From a virus (Duplodnaviria; Caudoviricetes), in the IMG/VR virus record IMGVR_UViG_3300038330_000039, positions 1 through 43,162 of that record: DNA of 43,162 nt; one strand, written 5' to 3'. Each line of letters starts with the position of its first letter. The first letter of the stretch is position 1. The notes beneath the pieces were generated by a model. The model was not told the DNA's origin. It was given only the letters and a program-made list of their open reading frames with translations, and ran no database searches. Position numbers and translations under genes: made by a program. Positions 1 to 8,395 of the stretch are shown piece by piece.

Positions 1-126
1 GGCCGCGGAGGGTCGGGGTTGGGGTTCTCGGGTGGGGGAAACATGCGATCGGTGGTTTCGTCGGGCCCTTTTGCCATGGGGCGCAGTGTCTCACGAAAGA
101 TACTCGCTGGCCAATCAGGCGAACGG
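1..126. repeat. Direct terminal repeat, left copy (circularisation overlap)
   Basis: Bases 1-126 are identical to 43015-43140 (ggccgcggagggtcgg...caatcaggcgaacgg). The repeat splits a gene, as expected for an assembly overlap of a circular or circularly permuted phage genome. Confidence 0.95.
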
Positions 127-426
127 CGAGGGTATCACCCGAAAGGTGGTCACCTGTGCCGCAGCCACGTTGCCCGTGCCCACCACACGAGCGGTGTAGT
201 TGCCGCTGGCCGCCGGCAGAAAGTCGTAGTGGAACCGCCCCGTCGAATCCTTCACAACGGCGCCGTCCACGCCAAAGACGGCTGACGTAGCTGTCGGGCT
301 AGGTGGGGGATTCACGGTGGTTAGCCCATACTGGAACGTCACCGTGGACGGGTCCGCGGCTTGGTCGCTGGTGTTGGCGAACGACGCCGAGAGCCTCACG
401 GCCTGTCCAAACGGGTATTCTTTCAT
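115..426 (-). CDS. Small virion/tail accessory protein, probably beta-sandwich (Ig-like)
   Basis: 103 aa; ATGA overlap with the upstream fibre gene; beta-rich pattern (VRLSASF...DPSTVTF...STGRFHYDF...GNYTARVVGTG) typical of phage structural accessory proteins. Confidence 0.55.
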   Translation of the reverse strand: MKEYPFGQAVRLSASFANTSDQAADPSTVTFQYGLTTVNPPPSPTATSAVFGVDGAVVKDSTGRFHYDFLPAASGNYTARVVGTGNVAAAQVTTFRVIPSPFA

Positions 427-1853
427 AACGCCTCCAGGGTAGCAGACCCAGACTCGACGGACGACAGAGCGGCAGCGCCAGCCCGGCTCAGCCCGAGCTC
501 AGCGCCGCCCGCCTTCGAGCTCAGCAGGGCCACGGTGCCGAAATGCTGGGTCCGTACAGAGCCGGAGACGAGAACGGCGCCCAGCTGGATGTTGCCGCTG
601 GCCTCGCGCGGACGGCTCACGTTGCCGGCGACCTGGACGGCGCCCAGAACGATGCCGCCGCTGATCTCGCGCGGGCGGGTCACGTCCCCGGTGACCTGGA
701 CCGCTCCAAGAGCAACGTCCCCGCTGATGTTGCGGGGACTGGTGATGTCGCCGGAGACGGTGATCGGCCCCAGCAGGACGCCGCCGGACAGGCTGATTAG
801 CGGCGTCACCTGGGCGCGCATCGCCACGGGTGGAGCGACGACAGCACCCAATATCACCCTGTTGGGGATCGTCGCCGTGCCGCCAGCAGTGACCTTGCTG
901 GTGGTGAACCCGCCGGAGACAGTGCGCGCGCCGGTGCCGGTCACATCGCCCGAGGCCAGCACCGGCGCTGTAGTCAGCCCACCCGAGATCGTGGCCACGT
1001 TGTCCACGTCTCCAGCGACGGCAACCGGCCCCGTGCTGAAGCCGCCCCCGACGGTGGCCACGTTGTCCACGTCACCCGCGGCCGCGACCGGCCCAGTGGA
1101 GAACCCGCCGGAGATTTGGGCCACGTTGTCCACGTCCCCGCTGACAGTGGTTGCCCCTGTGCTGAACCCGCCCGAGATGGTGACCGGAGCAACGGCCTCG
1201 GCGAGGCGTATCGCTGCGATGATTCTGCGATTCGTTGACGAGACGGTCGCGACGCACGCGATCGTTCCGGATGCGACGGCGGGTAGGTCTGTCCCCGCGG
1301 CGCCCCGAGCTCCGCCCGTCGCCATGGATACGTCGAAGTCCTCCGTCACACCAGCGCCGCTGATGGTGATCGCGACCGTGCCTGTGGTGTCGTTCTTGTA
1401 GGCAGCGCAGATGACGGCGTCTGTCGTGGCCCCCGCGTCCAGAGTGACCGTGATCGTTGTGGCGGTGGTCGTCTCCGCCAGGATCTTTACGTCTGCCGCG
1501 TTGGCCTGGTTGACCCCAGTGAGGATCCACCAGCCCATGATGTAGTTGGTGGTTGCTCCCCACGAGACGATCAGGTTTTGCGCGCCGTTCGCTGGCATGC
1601 TGGCTTCCAGCAGCCGATACATGAACACGCCGCCAGCGGTGGAGATCTGGCTTGCCGTCACCGAGCCGTCGGTGATCAGCGCCAGCGCGTTGCCGCCGTA
1701 TGTGACGGAAGTCGGCGCAGCCAGCGAGGCCACGTCGGCGGCAATCGCTACGACCATGTAGCGATTGCTGCCAGCGCTCAGCGTTACAGAGACGGTCTGC
1801 CCGGTGTTGTTCTGCTCCGTGCTCTCGGCCTGGAGCTGCTGGGCAATGGCCAC
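423..1853 (-). CDS. Putative tail fibre/virion surface protein with 21-aa repeats
   Basis: 476 aa, rich in Ala/Gly/Thr/Val; N-terminal beta domain followed by about ten 21-aa repeats (ISGGFSTGPVAVAGDVDNVAT); lies in the tail gene cluster. Confidence 0.6.
   Translation of the reverse strand: MAIAQQLQAESTEQNNTGQTVSVTLSAGSNRYMVVAIAADVASLAAPTSVTYGGNALALITDGSVTASQISTAGGVFMYRLLEASMPANGAQNLIVSWGATTNYIMGWWILTGVNQANAADVKILAETTTATTITVTLDAGATTDAVICAAYKNDTTGTVAITISGAGVTEDFDVSMATGGARGAAGTDLPAVASGTIACVATVSSTNRRIIAAIRLAEAVAPVTISGGFSTGATTVSGDVDNVAQISGGFSTGPVAAAGDVDNVATVGGGFSTGPVAVAGDVDNVATISGGLTTAPVLASGDVTGTGARTVSGGFTTSKVTAGGTATIPNRVILGAVVAPPVAMRAQVTPLISLSGGVLLGPITVSGDITSPRNISGDVALGAVQVTGDVTRPREISGGIVLGAVQVAGNVSRPREASGNIQLGAVLVSGSVRTQHFGTVALLSSKAGGAELGLSRAGAAALSSVESGSATLEAL
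560..1190 (-). repeat. 63-bp (21-aa) degenerate tandem coding repeat
   Basis: gccacgttgtccacgtc recurs at 994, 1057 and 1120 (63-bp period); more diverged copies continue toward 560. Confidence 0.85.
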
Positions 1854-1856
1854 GGC

Positions 1857-2243
1857 CTACGCGATCTCCAGGAACAGCGAATCAACCCGTAGCTTCTGGG
1901 CAAACACTCCGGTCAGAACGGACGGGTTCCACTCCATGTCCGCGCCAGAGCCCGCGCCTCCCAGCGTGGCGTTGATGATCAGAAAAGTATTTTCCCGCGT
2001 AACCAGGTTCCAAAGCGTCGGAGTGAAAGACGTTGAGTAGATCAGCTCGGCGGGCGCCAGCAGCTCCGCGCGCCCGACGGCAGCAGCGCCGAACGCTGGC
2101 GACGGGAACGCTGCGAACACAACGGTCTCGTTGGACGGGCCCGTGATGTAGAGCATGATCCCAGGGTTCGTGGTGCCCGTCTCACCGAGCAAAACGATCG
2201 CATCAAGCGCCGCATTCTTGGCCGCCGTGGAAAGCGTGGCCAT
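1857..2243 (-). CDS. Virion structural protein, MATL-family paralog 3
   Basis: 128 aa; N-terminus MATLSTAAKNAALDAIV and C-terminal GxxGSGAD motif shared with 2243-2659 and 2917-3318; TAATG coupling. Confidence 0.65.
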   Translation of the reverse strand: MATLSTAAKNAALDAIVLLGETGTTNPGIMLYITGPSNETVVFAAFPSPAFGAAAVGRAELLAPAELIYSTSFTPTLWNLVTRENTFLIINATLGGAGSGADMEWNPSVLTGVFAQKLRVDSLFLEIA

Positions 2244-2659
2244 TAGGCGATCGCCAGCGCAAAGGTGAGGATTCGGATCGTGCTGCTGTTGCCAACGTTC
2301 AGGTTTGCGTCGTCAAGCTCGATGTCTGCTCCTGACCCTGGGCCTCCGTAGGTGCCGGTGATCTGCGCTACTGCCAGCTGGCTGCGGAGCTCCCATGTAG
2401 CTAGCTGGGTCATGGCCGGGGCTCCACTGGTGATCGTCATGTTCCAGGGGAGCACGGCCTTGTTCGCCACGCCTCCGGAGGGTGTGTCGAAGGTGGGGCC
2501 CGGGCTAGGACTGGTGACCGCAAAGAACGTGTTGTGCAGAGCCGCCGCGGCGCCGTTGCGCGACACGAACGACGGCCGCGCCTGCGTGCCGCCTGTCTCG
2601 AGCAGCAGGATAACGGCGGTAAGCGCCGCGTTGCGCGCTTCCACGCTCAGCGTCGCCAC
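2243..2659 (-). CDS. Virion structural protein, MATL-family paralog 2
   Basis: 138 aa; MATLSVEARNAALTAV...TGTYGGPGSGADIELDD. Confidence 0.65.
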   Translation of the reverse strand: MATLSVEARNAALTAVILLLETGGTQARPSFVSRNGAAAALHNTFFAVTSPSPGPTFDTPSGGVANKAVLPWNMTITSGAPAMTQLATWELRSQLAVAQITGTYGGPGSGADIELDDANLNVGNSSTIRILTFALAIA

Positions 2660-2662
2660 CCG

Positions 2663-2920
2663 TCAGACTCCCTGGTAGCCCTCGACGGGCGGGGGGCACT
2701 CGTCCGGGTCCGCAGCGACCGCGCGCAGCGTGGGGGGCGCCTCCTCCTCTTCGTCCTGGACGTAGAGCTTGCGCCCGTTGGAGTAGTCGTAGGGGCGACC
2801 CTCGGCGCGCGCTGCCTGCTCCTCGGCAAACTCCGGCGTTCCAGGCCTGGGCCCGAGAGTGAGAAACCCGCTGGCCCGCACTCGCAGCGGCAGCTTGACC
2901 ACCATTCCGGCGCCGCTCAT
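2663..2920 (-). CDS. Hypothetical protein
   Basis: 85 aa; ATGA overlap with the upstream gene; fills the gap in the operon. Confidence 0.5.
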   Translation of the reverse strand: MSGAGMVVKLPLRVRASGFLTLGPRPGTPEFAEEQAARAEGRPYDYSNGRKLYVQDEEEEAPPTLRAVAADPDECPPPVEGYQGV

Positions 2921-3318
2921 GACGCAGGCACCGTGACCGTGATTGCGTTCAGGTTGACCGTTTGCCCAGCAACGATCGTGGTGTTGTCGATGTCGAGATC
3001 TTCGGAACCAGTTCCGATGCTGCCGCTGATCACCGTGGTTGGCGTACCGCTGTTCATGCTCTGCAGCGCCCAGCCGGCGGCCGTTCCGCTGGCGTCTGCG
3101 CTGGTGTCTGACAGCGCCGGGGAAACGTCCAGCGTGGCCACACCAACGGACGCGGCGCCAAATGCGGCGGTCGCGTCCAGGGTGATAGTGGCGAGCGTCG
3201 TTCCAGTGCCGCCGCTGACCGTCGTCAAAATGAAGCGTGCCGCCTCGTTGCCCGCGTCCAGCAGGTCAACGATTGCGTCGCAAGCGGCATTGCGCGCCGC
3301 GGTTGTTAGAGTTGCCAT
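2917..3318 (-). CDS. Virion structural protein, MATL-family paralog 1
   Basis: Start re-called at ATG 3318 (GAAGGA SD upstream); 133 aa, MATLTTAARNAACDAIVDLLDAG...SGSIGTGSEDLDIDNTTIVAGQTV, a common phage tail-region small protein pattern. Confidence 0.7.
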   Translation of the reverse strand: MATLTTAARNAACDAIVDLLDAGNEAARFILTTVSGGTGTTLATITLDATAAFGAASVGVATLDVSPALSDTSADASGTAAGWALQSMNSGTPTTVISGSIGTGSEDLDIDNTTIVAGQTVNLNAITVTVPAS

Positions 3319-3326
3319 GTCGTCCT

Positions 3327-3743
3327 TCAGGTTGAGAAAAACCAGCCCTTGGCGCCCACGCAAACGAGCTCCACGAGCCGGAGGGTTGTGATCGCCAGCG
3401 TGGCGTTGCCGTTCAGCGTCCCGCCGTTGCCGAGCACAGCGACAGAAACGCCGGGCGACAGCACGCCGCCCACCACAGCCAGCCGAATGCGCTTGTCCAC
3501 GAGCTCGGCAGAGCCCGCGGGGACCGTGACCAGTTGCCCGTCAGCGGGGGGCGACAGAAGCACGAGCTCCCCGATACCGGCGGCCACGTTGCGCCCGCTC
3601 TGGATGCCGGTGGTTCGCGGCGCCTGCCCGCGCAGGTCTGCCAGGTCGTTCTGCACGGCCTTGAACTGGGCGCAGATGTCCCGCGCCATCGCCTTGGGAT
3701 CGGTAGGCAGGGAAGGCCGGTGACGGAATGGTGTTGCGCCCAC
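3327..3743 (-). CDS. Putative virion/tail protein
   Basis: 138 aa; N-terminal short coiled coil, then a beta domain ending ELVCVGAKGWF, as in fibre or decoration proteins. Confidence 0.5.
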   Translation of the reverse strand: MGATPFRHRPSLPTDPKAMARDICAQFKAVQNDLADLRGQAPRTTGIQSGRNVAAGIGELVLLSPPADGQLVTVPAGSAELVDKRIRLAVVGGVLSPGVSVAVLGNGGTLNGNATLAITTLRLVELVCVGAKGWFFST

Positions 3744-3744
3744 G

Positions 3745-4512
3745 TCAGAGCGGCCCTCCCCACCCGTTGTCTTCGTCCCCGTCGCCGCGCGCGTCCCGGG
3801 GCTCCAGGCTCATGCCGTCGCTGAGCCGAACAGCAGTGGCCTCGATCAGCATCTTGGCCTGCGCGCGCTCCGAGCTCCAGATGGGGTATTGCTTCTTGGA
3901 GTCGGCGTCAGGCCCGAGCATCTTGATCATGGTGTTGTAGATCGCCCATTCGTGCCACTCCTCGTGGCCGGGAATAAGGTCCCCGTCCTCCACGATGGGT
4001 TGCCACGCCTCCATGAACCATAGCCGGTACAGCCCGCCTCGAGGCACCGGCAGGATCATAATCTTGCCCGTCACCTCCTGCGAACCGTTGCTCTTGGGGA
4101 TGGCGCGCGAGCAGTACGCGCGGACGTTCGGCAGCCGCCCCCAGCCCTCGAACAGGGCGTCGTTTTGGAAGTCGTGGAACGCCGACCACGGGATCTTTTT
4201 CAGCGGGCGCCAGCGCTCTGCCGTGCTGTTCTGGACCCGTACGCCGTAGATGCGAGACGCGCGCACGGGCCAGTCAATCTCGGCGTACACCTCACCCGAG
4301 ACAGCGGCCGTCAGCGGCAGGTCGTCGGGGTCCGTCGCATCCAGGAACGTGCCATCGTCAGCCAGGCTCACGATGGTTCGGAGCTGCTGCCAGCTGACGT
4401 TGTGCAGGTTGCGGATACGCGGGGACGGGTGACGGTTCTTGACGCCCGCCACGCCGAAGCGATAGCGAATGTCCTCCTCCAGGTCCTCGACGCGACGGAA
4501 TTGGTAGCTCAC
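3745..4512 (-). CDS. Putative head-tail adaptor (tail tubular protein A-like)
   Basis: 255 aa; N-terminal helices (LEEDIRYR...IRNLHNVSWQQL), central beta insert, C-terminal helices (WHEWAIYNTMIKM); size and position match podophage adaptors. Confidence 0.55.
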   Translation of the reverse strand: MSYQFRRVEDLEEDIRYRFGVAGVKNRHPSPRIRNLHNVSWQQLRTIVSLADDGTFLDATDPDDLPLTAAVSGEVYAEIDWPVRASRIYGVRVQNSTAERWRPLKKIPWSAFHDFQNDALFEGWGRLPNVRAYCSRAIPKSNGSQEVTGKIMILPVPRGGLYRLWFMEAWQPIVEDGDLIPGHEEWHEWAIYNTMIKMLGPDADSKKQYPIWSSERAQAKMLIEATAVRLSDGMSLEPRDARGDGDEDNGWGGPL

Positions 4513-4547
4513 GCGGCGACCCTTTCAGAGCCCGATCAGGACGGGAT

Positions 4548-4946
4548 CTAGCGGGGCCGGAACGTCGTTGTCGACTCGTCCACCTCGGACCGTCTTACGG
4601 ATGCCCTCGCTGAGAACTCGCGATCGGTACGTTCCACCAAGTCTCGCAGAGTAGGCGTCGGCTCTTGCAGAAAGGTCTGCAAGAGATCGCGCTGCATCTG
4701 ATTGCACCTGGAGAAGCAGTCGGCGATTAGACTCCGCTGTTGCTCGGTGTGCAGACGCTCCCCGCGCGCCAAGGCCTCGCGCAAGTATTTCGTCGTAATC
4801 CAGTTTTTCCAGGCAAGCCCGAGTAGCGAAAAGACGAGCCCAACAAGCAGCAAAAAAGCCCGAACTGCCAGCTCCCGGCTGCGCTGGCATTCGAGCAGTG
4901 TGCGCTGGCACTCCTGCAGTGGTTCCGCGGCTAGCAATTCCAGCAT
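4548..4946 (-). CDS. Single-pass membrane protein
   Basis: 132 aa with one clear TM segment (AFLLLVGLVFSLLGLAW) followed by a helical region; function unknown. Confidence 0.5.
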   Translation of the reverse strand: MLELLAAEPLQECQRTLLECQRSRELAVRAFLLLVGLVFSLLGLAWKNWITTKYLREALARGERLHTEQQRSLIADCFSRCNQMQRDLLQTFLQEPTPTLRDLVERTDREFSARASVRRSEVDESTTTFRPR

Positions 4947-5022
4947 AGTGTTGCATTTCAGTGTAACTCACTTTCGGGGTCCGGATTGTCTCCAACGCAA
5001 TCACCCGCAGGGTGCAGGGTGA

Positions 5023-5589
5023 TCAGAACCTGAAGAGTGGGAAACCCACGTGCAGGAACACGGTTCCGCCTGCCGGCGTGGCTGCGATCAGCTGGGCAAC
5101 GATGCCCTCGTTTGCCTCGAGCGACAGCGGCAGACCGTCCTGGGGCTCCCACAGGCTCTCTCCCGCGAACGACTGGGCTCCGCCGAACGTGGCCACATGG
5201 AACGGCTGCGATGCGAGTGTGCGCGCGCCGGGTGTCATCGCGCCGGTAGTGGAAACCATGCCTTCCATCTCGGTGGCTGGGATGGCATCGTACCCGGTCG
5301 TTTTGCGTAGCTGAGCCAGCACGCTGGTTCCGCCCGTGTCCAGGGCCATGCCGGTTGCCTTGAACAGCTTCACGCCGACGGCCGCGGCGTTCGTGAAGTT
5401 GGTCCCGCTCATCGCGGAGACGATCAGGCTCGGGATAGCGACGGCGCGCGTCGCCTTGTTCACGAACACGCACACGTCAGCGTCGGCAGCGGTCGCCGCG
5501 GCAATGGCGCCCGACAACGCGCCGAACATGCCAGGCTGCGCAGCGTTCCGCAGCGCTTCGGTTACCATCATGTTGGGCGCGTGGATCAT
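5023..5589 (-). CDS. Putative virion structural protein (jelly-roll-like)
   Basis: 188 aa, Ala/Thr/Gly-rich; C-terminal PLSLEANEGIV pattern typical of phage head-associated beta proteins. Confidence 0.5.
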   Translation of the reverse strand: MIHAPNMMVTEALRNAAQPGMFGALSGAIAAATAADADVCVFVNKATRAVAIPSLIVSAMSGTNFTNAAAVGVKLFKATGMALDTGGTSVLAQLRKTTGYDAIPATEMEGMVSTTGAMTPGARTLASQPFHVATFGGAQSFAGESLWEPQDGLPLSLEANEGIVAQLIAATPAGGTVFLHVGFPLFRF

Positions 5590-5620
5590 GTCTTGTCGTT
5601 CCTGGGGTTCGTTGGTTGTC

Positions 5621-5675
5621 TGACAGAGCAGGGGCGGCCCGAAAGGCTAATAACGCTCCGCCCCTGCTCCGGTCA
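5621..5675. promoter_or_regulatory. Intergenic stem-loop (12-bp perfect stem)
   Basis: GAGCAGGGGCGG (5626-5637) pairs with CCGCCCCTGCTC (5658-5669); outer TGAC/GTCA extension; no U-tract. Confidence 0.6.
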
Positions 5676-7256
5676 CTGTTGGGTTTCCAGCCGCAGCAGC
5701 AGCGCGTTGCGCCGTAGCCACCAGCAGGTTTTGATGTCCGCCAGCCTGGCGCGGAACGCATCGGTCTCGTCTGCCTGCAGCACGAACCCGCGCGCCGCAA
5801 ACTTGGACAGCCAGTAGCTGGGCGGCTGCTCGTTGATGTGGCCGTGTCCTCCCTGCCCCGGAGGCGCCGCGCTGAAGTAGACCCAGCGCGTGGAGCGCGC
5901 GCAGCAGTGCGCTACGAGCTCGTCAGCCTGCGTCTCGGGGATGTGCTCGGCCACCTCCACGCACGAGACGAGATCGTGCAGCTGGTCGTAGGGCGAGTCT
6001 GCCTGGCCCCATTGCTCGAGGGGGGCGATCGAGATCCGCTCCTGGAGCTCCTTGGGCATGGCGCCGAGCGCCGCGGGGTTCGCCTCCACTCCCATCGAGT
6101 GATGCCCGCCCTTGCGCATGGCTGCCACTAGGAGGCCGTTTCCCGCTCCAAGGTCCAGGTGGCTGGAAAACGGAAGCGTGAGCCGCAGCGCCCGGACCAC
6201 GGTCTCGTAATCGCTCTGGAACGCCTCGCGGCGCTGGAAGTCCTTTTCTGACCAGGTGACGGGCTCCTGCGCCGGCGCAGCTGGCCGAGCGGACGCCAGC
6301 AGCGCCTCACATCCCGCGCGCCAGGTCGGCGACCGGTGGCCGCCGCGAGTGTCATCGATCGGCGCGTTCAGCGCGTACTCTGCCCAGGTGATCGCCTCCT
6401 GGTGCTGCTTGGCCTTGGCGTGCAGGTGCGCCAGCAGCCAACCAAACTCCTGGATGAATCCCGGGCAGCGCGCCAACCAGTACGCGCAGCGGTTGAATGC
6501 CGGCTGATACCGCTCGCGCAGAATCTCCTGCTCGGCGAGGCGGTAGTTGCTCCAGGCCAGCGCGTTTACGTCCATCTCGGGATCAAGGCTGATCTCGAAA
6601 TGCTGCTGCATGCCCTCGTCCAGGCGCCCAACGCCGATCAGGCACTCGGCGTAATGCCGGCGCCATTGGTGCTCCCCAGGCTCGGCCTTGATCATGGCCG
6701 GCATCTTTTCGATGCCTCGCTCCATGCGCGCGCGCTCCTGCTCGGGCGTCTTGGGGAGCTCCCAGAACTGGCCGGGGATGATGGCCTTGCGCCCCTTCAC
6801 CACCAGCCGCTCCGAGCACGGACCCACCCAGTGCGCTCCGTTGCCCAGCCGGATGTAGCGCGGCTTTTGGTACTGCAGGTCCCGTTCGATGACGGTCAAG
6901 CAGTCAACGCCGGTAAAGTCGGTGGCCTCGAAGTCGAAGCCGGGGATCTCCAGCCGCTCGTCGCAGTCGAGCGTCAGCGCCCAGGAGCCCTCGCCGCGCG
7001 AGCCCGCCACGAGCTCGGCGAGCTGCAGCGCAGCGTTGCGCGCGTCGCCGTAGTGGCCGCTCCACTCCAGCTCGGACGAGACCCAGCCGCCGTCTTGCCG
7101 CGTCCCTAAAACGCTGTCGATGACGGGAATCGTCTTCTCGGGGTCAGCGCCGGAGAAGACGACGAGATGCACGTTTGCCAGTCCGATGCAGGAGCGGAGA
7201 GCATCCGCGATGGTGTTCTCCGCTCCTGGTCCCGCGAGGGTTGTCGAGACGATCAT
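5673..7256 (-). CDS. GT2 glycosyltransferase - TPR - class I SAM methyltransferase fusion
   Basis: Start re-called at ATG 7256 (CGAAAGGC SD), 527 aa. GT-A motifs (ENTIADALRS, YGDARNAAL, WALTLDCDERL = DxD); TPR-like helices; MTase motifs HLDLGAGNG, VSCVEVAEHI, FSAAPPGQGGHGHINEQ. Confidence 0.85.
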   Translation of the reverse strand: MIVSTTLAGPGAENTIADALRSCIGLANVHLVVFSGADPEKTIPVIDSVLGTRQDGGWVSSELEWSGHYGDARNAALQLAELVAGSRGEGSWALTLDCDERLEIPGFDFEATDFTGVDCLTVIERDLQYQKPRYIRLGNGAHWVGPCSERLVVKGRKAIIPGQFWELPKTPEQERARMERGIEKMPAMIKAEPGEHQWRRHYAECLIGVGRLDEGMQQHFEISLDPEMDVNALAWSNYRLAEQEILRERYQPAFNRCAYWLARCPGFIQEFGWLLAHLHAKAKQHQEAITWAEYALNAPIDDTRGGHRSPTWRAGCEALLASARPAAPAQEPVTWSEKDFQRREAFQSDYETVVRALRLTLPFSSHLDLGAGNGLLVAAMRKGGHHSMGVEANPAALGAMPKELQERISIAPLEQWGQADSPYDQLHDLVSCVEVAEHIPETQADELVAHCCARSTRWVYFSAAPPGQGGHGHINEQPPSYWLSKFAARGFVLQADETDAFRARLADIKTCWWLRRNALLLRLETQQ

Positions 7257-7291
7257 GTTTTTAGCCTTTCGTTGGAAACCGCCTTCTACGC

Positions 7292-7879
7292 TTACGAGCC
7301 CGCGGTTGCAATCGGGGTCGTCAGAACCCGGAAGCGCCCGACCTGCACCTCCACCACCCAATTCAAGTCCACAGCCGTCAGGCCGCCGGAGAGTCGCACT
7401 ACGACCTTGCTCCCCGTGATGACCGGAACCGCTGAGATGAACTTGAGCGCCGCCGCTGCCGTCTGCACGGTCGCCGATGCGCTGCCCACCAGTGGAACAC
7501 GCGCCACGAACCGCGTATCCGTCAGGCCTACGCCAGCGGTCGCGACGCTCAGCGCTGCCGCGGTGGCGCCGTTGCCGATGATCACGGTCAGACTCTCGGA
7601 ATAGGCAGCCTTGGTGCCGGCCTTGTTGCGCGCCCAGACCTTGCACCGCACGTTGCGGACGCTGTTGACGGGCCACGTCACGCCGAGGTTGTTCAGGTTC
7701 AGCACGTCCACCGTTTCGGCGGAGTCGGTGAAGGCTCGGCACTGAAACGTGGGCTCGTCACCCAGCTTGTCCAGCGCCTCCTGGTCGTTGTTGTTGGCCT
7801 CGCGGAGAACGGTGCCGGGCCCGCCGTCCACGATGTTGGGATCCCAAGTGCCGGTAACGGCTCCTACAATTGCGCCCAT
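7292..7879 (-). CDS. Putative virion structural/decoration protein
   Basis: 195 aa, Val/Ala/Thr-rich beta pattern, in the capsid operon. Confidence 0.5.
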   Translation of the reverse strand: MGAIVGAVTGTWDPNIVDGGPGTVLREANNNDQEALDKLGDEPTFQCRAFTDSAETVDVLNLNNLGVTWPVNSVRNVRCKVWARNKAGTKAAYSESLTVIIGNGATAAALSVATAGVGLTDTRFVARVPLVGSASATVQTAAAALKFISAVPVITGSKVVVRLSGGLTAVDLNWVVEVQVGRFRVLTTPIATAGS

Positions 7880-7909
7880 GTGTCGTCTCTTTCTTTTCGT
7901 CTTTTTGGG

Positions 7910-8395
7910 TTACTCGACGCCGAAGGCTTCGAGGTTGAAACCCGTGCAACAGGTCTCGATGTCCGCCGTTTCGCTGAAAATGAACGAGCTGTCCGGAACG
8001 TATTTCAGCAGCCCGCCCTCTGCGATCGTGAGACCTTCGGTCATGCCCTTGTGGGAGTCGCATGTTAGCGATCTCGGGTCTGACCGTGGCCACAGATAGG
8101 TTCCGCTTCCGGAACTCTGTGTAAGGCAAGAGCCGTCCTGAAGCTTGGACGCCATGAAGTCATGCACGCCGCTGAGCCCGCCGCCGGCTCTGTCGAACCG
8201 GCAGGAGCACTCGATACGGGCCGCCGTGAACCCGTGCTCCAGGACGTTCTGCGCCTTGTCGATCACCTCCTGGTCTTGGCAGTCACCCATCCACATCGGC
8301 AGATAGGAGCACACGAAGTACGGAACGAAGTTCTCGCGAATCGTTTCGTCGTCGCAGCCACACAGCAGAGCCAAGACCAGGAGTAGCTTTTTCAT
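7910..8395 (-). CDS. Cys-rich lipoprotein
   Basis: 161 aa; signal peptide MKKLLLVLALLCG|C with Asp at +2; several further Cys; TAATG coupling to the upstream gene. Confidence 0.7.
   Translation of the reverse strand: MKKLLLVLALLCGCDDETIRENFVPYFVCSYLPMWMGDCQDQEVIDKAQNVLEHGFTAARIECSCRFDRAGGGLSGVHDFMASKLQDGSCLTQSSGSGTYLWPRSDPRSLTCDSHKGMTEGLTIAEGGLLKYVPDSSFIFSETADIETCCTGFNLEAFGVE

Noticed and set aside
1-126. Terminal repeat as a true biological DTR
   Set aside because: It cuts through coding sequence and its length is similar to a large assembler k-mer overlap. It shows circularity, not physical ends.
994-1136. Regularly spaced 17-bp repeats as a CRISPR mini-array
   Set aside because: The 63-bp period is in frame within a CDS and the intervening sequences are homologous, so it is a protein repeat.
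423-3318. Diversity-generating retroelement or invertible fibre cassette
   Set aside because: No reverse transcriptase, invertase or adenine-specific TR/VR pair was seen.
7257-7742. N-terminal 162 aa of the 689-aa ORF
   Set aside because: Overlaps the 7292-7879 gene in another frame; a good SD supports the start at 7256. Similar over-extensions were trimmed for several other ORFs.
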